Source: Nitrosopumilus sp. (lineage in GTDB: Archaea; Thermoproteota; Nitrososphaeria; Nitrososphaerales; Nitrosopumilaceae). Taken from it: a DNA stretch of 64,000 nucleotides. Position 1 is the first letter of the stretch, and each line of letters starts with the position of its first letter. Positions 41,566-53,300 of this stretch are shown here, in pieces. Where the stretch lies: the NCBI GenBank assembly GCA_965203315.1, contig CBDBCE010000004.1:1-64000 (forward strand). Direction: 5' to 3'. Position numbers and translations under genes: made by a program. The notes beneath the pieces were generated by a model. The model was not told the origin of the DNA, did no database searches, and saw only the letters and a program-made list of their open reading frames with translations.

Positions 41566-41715
41566 AGCTAATTGGGAATGTGTGTACGCGATTAGATAGA
41601 TCATATAACGAATATCAAAAAAATCAGGTATTTCGTATAACCTTCTATTTTGTTGTCCGCCTGATCGCCATCTTTTATAACAAAGATTTTTTACTACCTT
41701 TTCTGTAGAGTTCGT

Positions 41716-42339
41716 ATGGATATCACACAGATAAATAGACTAGTGGAACAATATAGTCTGCTAAAACACCCATTTTACCAAATGTGGTCAGATGGCAAGC
41801 TCACACTCGAATCTCTATCAGGATACTCTAAAGAATACTTTCAACTAGTAAAATCTGTTCCAGTGTTTATGGATCCTATAGTGTCAAAAGCACCAAAACA
41901 TTGGGTTGACGAATTAGTTGCAAATCAGCAAGAAGAACAAGATCATATTACGCCTTGGATATCTTTTGCAACACACTTGGGCATATCTGAAGATGAGTTG
42001 TTGTCATATACAGGCACAACTGAGACTAGACAAGCTATATCTGATATGAATACGCTGATGCAGACTTTTGAGTCAGGTGCTATTGCAATGTATGCATTTG
42101 AGAAAGAGATTCCAAAGATCAGCCAAACCAAACTTGACGGACTAGGTACATTCTATAATATCACTGACAAGGCAGCAACTCGTTACTTTGAGTTACATAC
42201 AGAAGCTGACGTACGACACGCTCGTTCATGGCAACAGATAATCGAAGAGATCCCTAATGATGATGTACGTTCGGCAGAAGAGTCATTGATAGCTCAGAAT
42301 TTGCTTTTAGATGGATGTTACAAAAACTATTGCTCATAA
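41716..42339 (+). CDS. PqqC/CADD-like (heme-oxygenase-like diiron) protein
   Basis: LLKHPFYQMW..G.L, EEQDH, YFELHTEADVRH. Confidence 0.85.
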   Translation: MDITQINRLVEQYSLLKHPFYQMWSDGKLTLESLSGYSKEYFQLVKSVPVFMDPIVSKAPKHWVDELVANQQEEQDHITPWISFATHLGISEDELLSYTGTTETRQAISDMNTLMQTFESGAIAMYAFEKEIPKISQTKLDGLGTFYNITDKAATRYFELHTEADVRHARSWQQIIEEIPNDDVRSAEESLIAQNLLLDGCYKNYCS

Positions 42340-42374
42340 CATTTTATACCTAAAGACGGTTTTGAATTGTTGTG

Positions 42375-42448
42375 GGGCCCGTAACTCAGCTTGGTAGAGT
42401 GGCCGGCTCATAACCGGCAAGCCAAGGGATCGAAGCCCTTCGGGCCCA
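42375..42448 (+). tRNA. tRNA with CAT anticodon, probably tRNA-Ile2 (agmatidine-modified)
   Basis: Cloverleaf GGGCCCG...CGGGCCCA; GCCGG-CTCATAA-CCGGC; acceptor stem is Ile-type rather than initiator Met. Confidence 0.85.
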
Positions 42449-42603
42449 CTTTCAATTAGTTTTAAAACTATAACGTATCGTTGTACGATGGCTGCGATGA
42501 AGAATCAGAGTTATATCTGACCGTATGATGTAAAGGCATTTGTCTGAGCTGCCTCCATTCATATCACGCTTGATTTATTTTGGAACAAAAGTGGTAATAT
42601 ACG

Positions 42604-43677
42604 ATGCCCGAGATCTGGCTCAACTATGGTATAACTGATGTTGTCCTCGATTTGAGATCAGAGATCATTAAAGATCAAGTTCGTGCAGATGGTGATACAT
42701 TTGGTGGTACACTTGACGATCAAGGTATTGTAGAAAGGCTTGCTTCTCTAGATATATCTAAAGAGTTGAATCTAGTCGTACTCAATAACTCTACTTTTAT
42801 TCAGCACGTCATAACCTCGATCTTTAATCTATGTGAAACAGAATCTAAACCATTCCCACACATCTTTGCAGATGCCTCAATATCAAATATGATACGAGCT
42901 GGTCTTCCACAAGGCAGTAAGGTAGAACAATTTAAAACAGATCAGGTCAACTCTGATCTAGTCTTTGTATCAGAGATCGAGTTTGATGGTCTATTTGGGT
43001 TTGAGACGATTGCAACTAGACTCCTCAAGAGGTTTGGTGATGATCTGATGCTTACTGCATACAATAGACGATCATCAGATGTACCATTACCTGGTCAAAC
43101 AACATCTAGTATCCAAGTAGCAAAAGACTTTGCTAATAACTTTGAGATCCAAGGAATCGAACTAGTCACAAACTCTGATGGCATCTCTGATATTGTGGTG
43201 GGTCATCCAAGTAGTCTCGATTTGATGCAATTAAATCATACAAAGAGTATGGGTCAACATCCTGTCGTGGTGGCAAGTACAGGCAAGTATACCAGCAACA
43301 ACACATTATGCAGATCACTTGCATCCTTGTGGAACTGTACTCACGCAGTAAACAGAGGTGGACTTGTTGTAATGATTGCCGAATGTAGTGAAGGATTAGG
43401 TTCTCCTGCCTTGCAACAATATGTCGAAGGCAGAATAGATATCGATCAGATATCGAATCCTTCTGAATATCTATCTGGACTAGAAGATCTACTATTCTTA
43501 TCAAACATCAAAAAGGATCTAAAGATTGCCATGTTGTCAGTTTTACCAGAGTTTTATGTCAAACGACTAGATATTGTACCACTACAAAGTGCTAAACACG
43601 TCATGCAATATCTATCTAGTTACAAAAAACACAAAGTTGTTGTCGTACCAGACGCCGCAAGACTAGTTTTTGTCTAA
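42604..43677 (+). CDS. LarA/DUF2088-like protein
   Basis: N-terminal IWLNYG; GGLVVMIAECSEGLGS; C-terminal VVVVPDA. Confidence 0.7.
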   Translation: MPEIWLNYGITDVVLDLRSEIIKDQVRADGDTFGGTLDDQGIVERLASLDISKELNLVVLNNSTFIQHVITSIFNLCETESKPFPHIFADASISNMIRAGLPQGSKVEQFKTDQVNSDLVFVSEIEFDGLFGFETIATRLLKRFGDDLMLTAYNRRSSDVPLPGQTTSSIQVAKDFANNFEIQGIELVTNSDGISDIVVGHPSSLDLMQLNHTKSMGQHPVVVASTGKYTSNNTLCRSLASLWNCTHAVNRGGLVVMIAECSEGLGSPALQQYVEGRIDIDQISNPSEYLSGLEDLLFLSNIKKDLKIAMLSVLPEFYVKRLDIVPLQSAKHVMQYLSSYKKHKVVVVPDAARLVFV

Positions 43678-44789
43678 AATATACATGCGGTTCGTACTAG
43701 TGGGATACAGATATTCTCTGGTATTGGCACACATAGTACCGCAATAACAATTATGCCAATATACGATAATTTGCGCGTATTTGAGAGTGGTGTTATGTCA
43801 TCTAGGGGTTGTGCACTAAGACTATTCCTGCTCCAAAAATAAAAGATTAGTGCCGCGACCTCGAAACCTATCACAGCAAGAACTAGAAAACTTGAATATG
43901 TTGTATACTTGTGAATCTTTGCACCTAGAACAGTTCGTGCCATATGTCCTCCATCTAGTTGCCACGCTGGCATCAAATTTAGAAATGTAATAAAGAATCC
44001 AATCCATGCAGCCCATAGAACTGGAGTGAGTATAGCTTTGTTATCTTGACCATCTTTTCCAAAGAGATCTAGTGCTGCACTGAGAAGTATTGGTTCACCG
44101 AAACTAAACTCTGACAATCTACCCTCCTCAAACATCGACTCGGCGATTACAACGTCTATGGTTGGTGCGGTATACGCACCATATACTGCTACAATCATCG
44201 CAATTATCAATCCTGCAATGGGTCCTGCAACTGCTACATCAAACAAGATCCTACGATTTGCTGTGAGACCTTTTGACTGTATAAGGGCACCAAAGGTTGG
44301 AATGCCAAATATTGGAATTCCTGGAATAAAGAACGGCCACGTCGTCTTTAGTCTATGAATCTTGGCAGCAATCATGTGGCCCAACTCGTGAACTCCAAGT
44401 ATTCCGAGTAGTGATATTGTGTATATTATGGCCATCTCGATCGGATCACCAATCTGAATGAGTGAATTTAGACCTACTGTCTTGTAGTATCCATCAACCA
44501 TCACAAATCCAACCACAACCGCAAATAGAATTCTAGGAGCCCATGCAGAGTTTAGTATGCGATGTCGCCTAGTCGTAAACTTTTGGACTATCACATATAG
44601 TTGTCCGTTCATCTCTGCAATGTTGGCCATAAATTTTATCTCTTCGAGCTCTCGTACTAGTTCCTCAAAGTTGCGTTCGATGTCTCGATCACTTATCATG
44701 TACTCTAGCGCAAACTCGCTCTTTTCGAATCCAATAATATCGAATTTAGAGCTCACGATTCTAGTTATCTGCTCTTGAACATCTTCCAT
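43674..44789 (-). CDS. Site-2 protease (M50) family
   Basis: HELGH, AGP and NLMPAWQLDGGH motifs. Confidence 0.92.
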   Translation of the reverse strand: MEDVQEQITRIVSSKFDIIGFEKSEFALEYMISDRDIERNFEELVRELEEIKFMANIAEMNGQLYVIVQKFTTRRHRILNSAWAPRILFAVVVGFVMVDGYYKTVGLNSLIQIGDPIEMAIIYTISLLGILGVHELGHMIAAKIHRLKTTWPFFIPGIPIFGIPTFGALIQSKGLTANRRILFDVAVAGPIAGLIIAMIVAVYGAYTAPTIDVVIAESMFEEGRLSEFSFGEPILLSAALDLFGKDGQDNKAILTPVLWAAWIGFFITFLNLMPAWQLDGGHMARTVLGAKIHKYTTYSSFLVLAVIGFEVAALIFYFWSRNSLSAQPLDDITPLSNTRKLSYIGIIVIAVLCVPIPENICIPLVRTACIF

Positions 44790-45322
44790 GATATCTCACT
44801 AGAAATACTCCATTAATGATCTTTTGCTTGGTTCTAGAAACTTTTCAATCTATCGGTACTCATGTTGGCACTTGTATGAATAGAATCTAGTATGTTGCAA
44901 AACATATCTGGCAGGTAAGATGCTATGCGTATCTATTCTAATCATGTCTAGTCGAGATTATGCCATCGATGACTTGATAACACATCTACATATTGATCAT
45001 TTTTATGTGCTAGATATCCGTGAGATCATTTATCAAAACGATCTTGATTGAAGTGATTTTGTTGGACATACTGATACCCACGAGTTTATTCCTGAACAAA
45101 AGACGCGTCTGGATCTATTTTATCGATGCTTGGCTATTTCTTGTACGTTCAAATAGATTGCACTACCCATAGGACATTATTCATTTCTTTTTCAATAAAT
45201 TTCTATCTCCGATCAGACAAGCTGTATTGCATGGTACTATACTAGTATCCGGATGTAGAGATCTATTCAAGATTCTAAAGAGAGGATCAGCTCATATTGG
45301 ATAAAAGGATATGAATACAAAT

Positions 45323-45940
45323 GGCGATTAGGGATGTGTGGCCCCTAAAATAATAGGGGGTGTTTTAGCAAACAACTTGATGAATCTACGGTCGTTACCA
45401 AAAATAACATATGCTGAGATCTCTATGACTCAATATCTGGAATTAATGTCGTCTAAAGAAAGCACACACAAATTTTGTACAATCAGTTCCATTCGATGAG
45501 GAATGAAAATACTGACACTGCACGTCTACAAGATGCTATTGATCAGTTGGAGATAGTTAAATCTATGAGTCGTATGATCATCGAAAACCTAGGAAATTTA
45601 CATATTCTATCACCTAAACATCAAAAAATTACAACATTCAATATGAAATATGAAGATTAGTGAAGTTTTTGGAATATGGGTGAATTTAACAACATCGCAA
45701 GTTAAAGTGACTTGCGAACTTTTGATGAACGACAGACATTTGGAGAAGGCAAGACGCGTACCCACAAGATCGAAGGATTTTGGAGATTTACAAAACAGAA
45801 CTGGGTCAAGCATCATTATGTACACCATGACAAATTTCTAGTGTACATAAAGGAGATGGAACGTCTATATAATTTCAGGGTGTACGATTTGTTCAATTTT
45901 TTGGCGAAACTGTCGTTAGGGGCCACACATCCCTAATCGC
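45323..45940 (+). mobile_element. Internally deleted IS1595-family element (MITE-like, 618 bp)
   Basis: Perfect 25-bp TIR GCGATTAGGGATGTGTGGCCCCTAA (45324-45348 / 45916-45940); 8-bp TSD ATACAAAT; remnant KIEGFW..K...YIKEMERLYNFR transposase C-terminus. Confidence 0.88.
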
Positions 45941-46245
45941 ATACAAATAATATTAGACGTCTTGTAACAGAGCATATTTTATGATGTTGTAACAATGAAA
46001 TGAAAGAACATGACTATGGCTACACTTACACGGTGTATGATTTGTATGTAGGTATACTTGTGGTATTTTCAATCAAAAAACTTTACATTGCATAATGAAA
46101 TTTAATTTTTAGATATTGCACTAGCGAAAAATTTTCCATATCTGACATAAACTCATCATTCTTATACTCTCCAAGACAGTATAATCTCGTAAAATATTTA
46201 TCGGCTAGAGCCAAAATTAAATACCCTGTTTTGGACTATCTTGTC

Positions 46246-46740
46246 ATGCAAGTCATTTCACGTCAATTTGGTGAGTGTAATATACGACAAGCTAGACCTA
46301 GCGATCTTATTCCAATAATGGAGATAAACTTGAAGACACTCCCAGAACACTACTCGGACTATTTCTATGAAAGTCTTCTTGCAGAACTTCCAGAAGCATT
46401 TCTTGTAGCAGAACTGGATAACAAGATAGTTGGGTATGTCATGTGCAAGCTAGAGTATGGTTTCTCAAACTTTAAGCGACTGGGTTTTGTAAAAAAAGGA
46501 CATGTCGTATCGATTGCTGTATTACGCGAATATCGAAAGAGAGGATTAGGTAGAGTTTTAATAGAAGAATCGATCAAGGGAGTACAATCTAAAAACTGTG
46601 ACGAGTTTTATCTTGAAGTGCGTTGTAGCAACACTGATGCTGTACGCCTCTATGAACGTTTAGGATTTAGCATTCGTCATCGACTTGCTACATATTACAA
46701 AGATGGTGAGGATGCTTATCTGATGTCGATCGAGATATGA
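46246..46740 (+). CDS. N-terminal acetyltransferase Ard1/RimI family
   Basis: LPEHY, GHVVSIAV...RKRGLG, LEVRCSN, YYKDGEDAYLM. Confidence 0.93.
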   Translation: MQVISRQFGECNIRQARPSDLIPIMEINLKTLPEHYSDYFYESLLAELPEAFLVAELDNKIVGYVMCKLEYGFSNFKRLGFVKKGHVVSIAVLREYRKRGLGRVLIEESIKGVQSKNCDEFYLEVRCSNTDAVRLYERLGFSIRHRLATYYKDGEDAYLMSIEI

Positions 46741-47150
46741 GCATCTTATCGACTCAACATCTTTGTTCTTTGGATGTAAGTTAACTAGTACTCGTTGTTC
46801 TCAACTATTCCGACAACTGTTTCAATATGCGAGATTATAATGAAGATGCTTTGAATAACTAGTTGCTCAAAGATATCCTCTTATTCCTATACAAGACTGT
46901 ATGCGTATTTCTTACACCATACGCACATTTTCAAGTACAATAAAACGTAGGTGTAATTTCTAGAGGCAAATCGATTCATTGTTGTCATGTTTGATGATTG
47001 GACATGGGCACTCAATAATACGCATACGGTCTACAAAGTATCTATTGATATTTGTTTACTATTCTGTCTTCTAGACTCAATCTAGATGCATGTAATATTT
47101 TACATACAATCTCTCAAAACAATAAATACGTCATAAGAATGCCATCCGTC

Positions 47151-47369
47151 ATGAACAGACGCAAGAGTGTGGGCGTTGTCATCTTTATACTCTGCATTGG
47201 TGGCTTTTTTCTATATGCGTATCTTTTGATGTTGTCAGAGTGGAGTCCAATAGTTTTACAACTATCGATACTAATGATAGTTGGTGGAATACTAGGTGTG
47301 GTCGCGTGGATAGGCTATGTTATGGCTACTACTAAACCATCTTCTGCCACGATCACTTCTGATGATTGA
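47151..47369 (+). CDS. Small two-TM membrane protein
   Basis: Two hydrophobic helices; WIGYVMATT motif. Confidence 0.7.
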   Translation: MNRRKSVGVVIFILCIGGFFLYAYLLMLSEWSPIVLQLSILMIVGGILGVVAWIGYVMATTKPSSATITSDD

Positions 47370-48189
47370 TTCTGACATCGACAACCGCTTGATACCATCT
47401 TGGACCTACTGCTCTAACAATCTTGGATCCTAGTATCTCTGAAGGAACACTAGCATGCTTTGTATATTCTTCTATTGCTAATCTTGGTACATCTGATCTA
47501 GATTTTGCATATGTGTGTAGATAATAGTGAATTATACCTCTAGATTTTGTAGCATGTACTGCTATGCTTAGAAACTCAGATGATCTCTCCGGAAGTAGCA
47601 TTAGAGTTCTATCTGCTTTGGGTATATCTGATGCTATCTGTGTTGCGTCTCTATTTACAGATATTACATTACCTAGTAACTTGTTGTATCTTGTGTTGAT
47701 TTGACATAGTCTTGTAGCGATCGGATTAATGTCAATATTGTATGCAGTACATCTCTTGTACTTTGCTGCAATTATTGAAAACATTCCCACACCGCCAAAC
47801 ATGTTTAATAGTATCTCTCCATCTTGAACTAGACCTGCTATTCGCTCTCGCTCGTTTGATAGCCTAGGAGAAAAGAATGCATTTTGAACATCAATCTTGA
47901 ATCTACACCCTAACTCTCTATATTCTGTCTCGGTGTTGTCTATTCCTGCTAACAACTCGAGATTGCGTGTCCGATATTCACCTTGTACGGCTGATGCTTG
48001 ATAGAATATACTCTTTGTTATCTTTACATTCTTGAGTAGGGTATCACCTATCAGATGCCGTTTGGAATACAACGAGTCTGGAATTCTAACTATGATTATC
48101 TCACCTATCTGATCAAATGCAGATATCAACTGGTCCAATTCATCTGGAGTTAGTATATCGGATAATGCGCGTTTTAGCATTCGGGTCAT
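47353..48189 (-). CDS. Trm5/Tyw2 family tRNA methyltransferase
   Basis: FDQIGEIII, FFSPRLSNERERI, MFGGVG. Confidence 0.9.
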   Translation of the reverse strand: MTRMLKRALSDILTPDELDQLISAFDQIGEIIIVRIPDSLYSKRHLIGDTLLKNVKITKSIFYQASAVQGEYRTRNLELLAGIDNTETEYRELGCRFKIDVQNAFFSPRLSNERERIAGLVQDGEILLNMFGGVGMFSIIAAKYKRCTAYNIDINPIATRLCQINTRYNKLLGNVISVNRDATQIASDIPKADRTLMLLPERSSEFLSIAVHATKSRGIIHYYLHTYAKSRSDVPRLAIEEYTKHASVPSEILGSKIVRAVGPRWYQAVVDVRINHQK

Positions 48190-49970
48190 TTTTTATAGTA
48201 AAAGTCTCCAGATGACTTTTGATTCTTGTCTAGTCTGCTATCTATCTTGTTTACTCGGGGCCTGCGACTCTTTTCATCGCGTCTGAATGACATGCCGAGT
48301 GATCTCAAGAATCTATTCATGGCATCACTTTTGGCAAGTGGTGAGGTCGCAAATCCTGATACACTGGACTGTCCCTCAAAGATCACCATCTTGTCTGATA
48401 TTAGGTCCATCAACTGTAAATCGTGATCTACAACTATAACAGATTTACCGAACGAACGTACAAACTTTTGCAGAAACTTTGCAGTAGCAATTCTATCTTC
48501 AACATCCAAGAATGCAGATGGCTCGTCTAGTGCATATAGATCAACCCTTTGTAATAGACATGTAGATATCGCAACCTTTTGAAGTTCGCCACCAGATAGG
48601 TTTTTGATCGACTTTGTGTATAGTTTTTTTATTTTTAGTGGTGCGATTATCTGTTCTTCTTCAGCACTACCTTCGATATCAGAACCGTTTGCTCTATTCA
48701 ATAATGTTATCACATCGATATCTGTGCTGTTTTGCAAGTACTGTGGTTTGTAGGCTATCTTTATCTTTTTATCAATGACTCCCGAGTCTGGTTCTATTCT
48801 TCCTGCTACCATCTTCATCATTGTGGTCTTTCCTAATGCATTTGCGCCAATAACTCCTAATACCTCACCTCTATGTATCTGTCCAGGCTCAATCGATACT
48901 GTGAATGATGGATATTCTTTTACTAGCTTGGGATATGAGACGAGCTCTGTTCCTTCGGCAAACTCGTCTGTAGATGTTGACACATCAAATGAGAACTTTT
49001 TCTCTCTAAACCTAACATTCTCGTTTGGCAGGTATCCTTCTAGAAATACGTTTATCCCAACCTTTGTTGATAAGATGTTTGATACTATTCCGTATGCTGC
49101 TGGTTCGCCGTACAAAACTTCGATATAGTCACTGAGAAAATCTAGTAAGGTTATGTCATGTTCTACGACCATGACACTCTTGCCTTCCTTTGCTAAACTC
49201 TGTATCACTCGTGCAACACCTGTTCTCTGAAAGACATCATTGTATGAAGATGGCTCATCAAAAAAATAAAACTCTGTATCTTTAGACGCTGCTACTGCCA
49301 CTGCGAGTCTTTGTAGCTCTCCACCACTCAACTCTTTGAGATTTTGTTCGAGGGATCTCTCTAGTCCTAACTCTTTTACTAGGTGATTCGCAACGCCTCG
49401 TTGATCGTATCGATCTAGTAATTCTGAACCTGTACCGTCAAAAGCTTGAGCAATGTGATGAACTTGCTGTGGTTTTATAGATGCGTGAATCTCTCCTTGT
49501 TCTATCTTTGCAAAGTGTTGTTTTAGTTCCGTTCCGCTATAATACTTTAAAATCTCGTCCCAACTAGGTGGCGACTCGTATCTGCCTAGGTTTGGTTTTA
49601 GGCTCCCTGATAGTATGTTTACCACAGTACTCTTACCCATCCCGTTTCGTCCTAGCAATCCTACTACCTCTCCATGTTTAGGGGTTGGTAGTTTGTATAG
49701 CCTAAATGAGTTTGGACCATACTGGTGAATCTTTTCACTTGCTATTTCACTTGCTAGATTTACTATGGTTATTGCATCAAACGGGCACACTTTAACACAG
49801 ATTCCACAACCATTACAGATATCTTCATCTATCTGTGCCTTGCCAGATTCTTCATCTAGAACGATACAATCTGCTCCTGACTTGTTTACTGGACAGTACT
49901 TTATACATTCTAGACCACATTTTCTAGGCTGACAGACATCTCGGTCTAGTACTGCTACTCTGTGTGTCAT
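48186..49970 (-). CDS. ABCE1/RLI ribosome recycling ATPase
   Basis: N-terminal 2x4Fe-4S; two ABC domains with LSGGELQ; RPRVNK. Confidence 0.96.
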   Translation of the reverse strand: MTHRVAVLDRDVCQPRKCGLECIKYCPVNKSGADCIVLDEESGKAQIDEDICNGCGICVKVCPFDAITIVNLASEIASEKIHQYGPNSFRLYKLPTPKHGEVVGLLGRNGMGKSTVVNILSGSLKPNLGRYESPPSWDEILKYYSGTELKQHFAKIEQGEIHASIKPQQVHHIAQAFDGTGSELLDRYDQRGVANHLVKELGLERSLEQNLKELSGGELQRLAVAVAASKDTEFYFFDEPSSYNDVFQRTGVARVIQSLAKEGKSVMVVEHDITLLDFLSDYIEVLYGEPAAYGIVSNILSTKVGINVFLEGYLPNENVRFREKKFSFDVSTSTDEFAEGTELVSYPKLVKEYPSFTVSIEPGQIHRGEVLGVIGANALGKTTMMKMVAGRIEPDSGVIDKKIKIAYKPQYLQNSTDIDVITLLNRANGSDIEGSAEEEQIIAPLKIKKLYTKSIKNLSGGELQKVAISTCLLQRVDLYALDEPSAFLDVEDRIATAKFLQKFVRSFGKSVIVVDHDLQLMDLISDKMVIFEGQSSVSGFATSPLAKSDAMNRFLRSLGMSFRRDEKSRRPRVNKIDSRLDKNQKSSGDFYYKK

Positions 49971-50287
49971 GGTGTTTAGAAAATTCTGATTGCTTTAATA
50001 CCTATTCTCAGTATACAAACGTTTCGATAAATTGAGTACATTGAAGAGCTTGGATTGATGTATGATCAGTTTTGTGCCTATTAATGGGATAAAATCCAGA
50101 TTTGAGACTATAGTCACGAACGGAATTGTTTTCTTGTTTACTCCTGCATATGTGTGGTCAGAGACGGAATTTGCCTCTGGCAGAACAGATGACACCAAAT
50201 TGTGACACAACACTAGGAAAATTATTATGTCCACGACTATAGATTCGAACTAGGAATCTAACATATTTTGTGCTAGATGATCCCACA

Positions 50288-50317
50288 AATGAACAAATTG
50301 TTCATTAGGCTTAAATA
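50288..50317 (+). promoter_or_regulatory. S-layer promoter copy 3 (palindrome AATGAACAAATTGTTCATT + TTAAATA)
   Basis: Same spacing to ATG as copy 2. Confidence 0.85.
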
Positions 50318-50318
50318 C

Positions 50319-50346
50319 AAACTCTTGATGGGAATATCAATAACAT
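50319..50346 (+). repeat. Recombination site, locus 3 left: AAACTCTTGAT-GGGAAT-ATCAATAACAT
   Basis: Inverted relative to 55451-55478. Confidence 0.85.
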
Positions 50347-53300
50347 GAATAACGAAATAGGACGAAAAACAACTAGTTTAATACTAATGACGATAATGGT
50401 CGCAGGCGGACTGACCTTTGCTATACCAAGCATGGAGCCAGTCTATGCCCAGTCGACACCAAACCTATACGTCTCAGCTGCTGATCCAAATGGATACGGA
50501 GCTAGATTCGACAACACCTTTGGTGGACTACAAGTTGTCGAAGTCATTGTAAATGATCCATTACTAACTGATTCAAATGATGCCATGCCTCGTGTTACAA
50601 TAAACGATGACATAAAGCTCAACATGACACAAGCTGGTGATGGATCTTGGTATGGATACTTTGCAGATAAAGGGCGTGATGGTAACGGTGATGATGATGA
50701 CACAGACATTACCGGATATTTCCTCAATACCGCAACTGTACAACTAGCACTAGATGGCGAACTTAATTATGATGGCCTATATGGTAGCAGTGAAGACTCT
50801 GCGCGGTTCACAGGTGTGGGTGGTTTCACAGACGATAACTTGGTCAATAATTCTCCCTCAAAGCGAGGTTCAACAGCTAAAATACTATCTGATGATGGTA
50901 ATCAAATAAAGTATCTTGATCTTGATGATGGTGACGATGTAAAGATCGTATACCAAAAGGCAGGAAACCCACAAACTGTAACCTTGACATATGACAAATC
51001 AAAGAACAATGGAATTGAACTTGACAGAAACTCGTACGCAAGAGACGCAAATGTGTACATTACTCTCACAGATCACGTACTAAACGTAGACCCAACATCT
51101 AAAGACTTTTGGCAGTTCTTTCTTGATGAAAATTCGCCTTCTGCACCGGCACATCAGCTTTTTCCAGATGATAGAGTAGTATTAGCAACTAGCAATCTAA
51201 ATGCTGCTGTTAATGGTTTCACCCATGCTCAACTTGGTTGTGACGATAACGATTGTGTGTTATCGATACCAAATGATAGCATACTTCGACTAGACGATGA
51301 TGATGACGCTACAAACAATCCCAACAATATTACCTTTGAAGAAACTGGACCAAATACCGGTGTATTTGAGATAAGAGACGATGATGGCGATACATCAATA
51401 ATGGTTGACGACAATGCGCCGAGGGGACAAAATAGTGTTATCACTTATTCTGGTAACAATGTAGCCGTAAACGTACGACTAACTACAGCTACTGTAGATC
51501 TAGATGTATCGGACGGCACATGGAACTCTGGCGAAAAGATCGATCTAACCATAGTCGATGCAGATCAAAACAAAGACAGTGATGCAGAAGACGATCAAAT
51601 GATCAAGAACCCAAATGCAAGAATTCCAACAATGATCATAGGTGATCCATACACACTAGCCGATGAGCGTACTCCACATCGTGGCAACACATACCCTACA
51701 TTCTTCTTGGATCGACCCACCGCTTATATTGTTGAAACATTTACGACAATCACTGGTGGCAAGTCACCCATCGAAACATCTTTGACGATAGATAATGATC
51801 ATCGACTGGGTCAAATACCGGCCAACAATACAGTACCTGACTTGACAACTCCGTCTAATGGCATAACTGCCAACATGTGGTTGTCTCTTGGATCCCTTTC
51901 TGACCATCAAGCAGCAATGAGTCTACAGGATGACTTTGTAGGTGTAAATCTACTAAACTATGACCTTAGTAGTGTCGGTGCTAACAAGTACTGGCTCGCA
52001 ATATATCCTAACTATGCTGTTCCTACTGGCACCAATCTCCCTTACTACGCTGAGAGATATTATGCAGAGTTGGAAGCTGATGGAAGAGGTGTATTTGATC
52101 TGTCAACCGATATGACGCACTTTGCAGCCAACAACAATACCAAGGTGACAGCAACAAATGCAAATCTACCCGTGCGTTTCGAAATGGCAATCCTTGCAGA
52201 ATTTACAAGTACATTTGATGTAAGCAAGACATATCCAATAGCTGTAGATATCTTTAGCATTGGATTCACGGGTGACGGCGCACAGGCCTCTGAACGTATC
52301 AACAATCAGATAATACGAATCGAGGTAGAAGAGACCGGTGACAACACCAGCACCTTTACAGGAACACTAGAGTACATCATGATAAACCAACTAAACGTAA
52401 ACAATGCAGATACATACAAAGACATCACTCCAATAGGCAACGAAGTCAAATTCATCGCCTTTGAGGATATGACAGGCTCTGACGCGCGAGTAAACTATGC
52501 CGACATTAACTCGAACGGCAACAATGCTACAGTCTCCGACCAACAAGATATCGCAACCTCTAGTGGTGTGGTATCTCTAAACGCAGAGACATACAGTGTA
52601 GGCAGCAATGTCGTAATCACACTAGAAGACTCTGATCTAAATACAGATCCTGATCGAGCAGATACCTATACTGTCGTAACACGAAACATGACTGGTGGAA
52701 CCACGAACATTGGTAAGGACATGGACCAAGTGGGTATCGATGTCATGTCCAAGTATGAGACTCTACTACCAGGTAAGAAATCACTAGGAATGCTACTCGA
52801 AGTAACCTTTGATGGTAAGAGATGGCAATCTGGCTGTACTCTGTCTGACGGAGTTCAGAACGGACTCGGCGAAACAGGATTCACTCTACAAGAGACCGGA
52901 TCCAGTACAGGAGTCTTTACAGGTTCATTTTCTGTACCAAAAGAGGTATGCATGGGATCTGACAAACTATCTGTAAGCGGCAAAGACATTGGTGTAACAT
53001 ATCTAGACTTTAGAGATGCATCTGGTCAGATAGTTACAGCGGGCGACTCTGCATCGATTGGTGCAAGTACAGGCTCTGTATCTCTAGATAGAACTGTATA
53101 TCCAGTCCCATATGGTCAGGGTACAGCAGGTTCTTCTAGAGCCCTAGACATGGCCGGAGCAAATCTTGCAGGCGGTACAGTCAAAGTCTATGTTCAAGTA
53201 AACGATCCAGACTACAACTTGAATCCTACAGGCGAGGACAAGATCGAAGACGAGGACGGAAATGGTCCAGTAAAGGTCACGATCTCACGCAGTGGTGACG

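Noticed and set aside
46745-47030. Possible minus-strand gene between the acetyltransferase and the small membrane protein
   Set aside because: The minus-strand frames examined are interrupted by stops and no family is recognisable.
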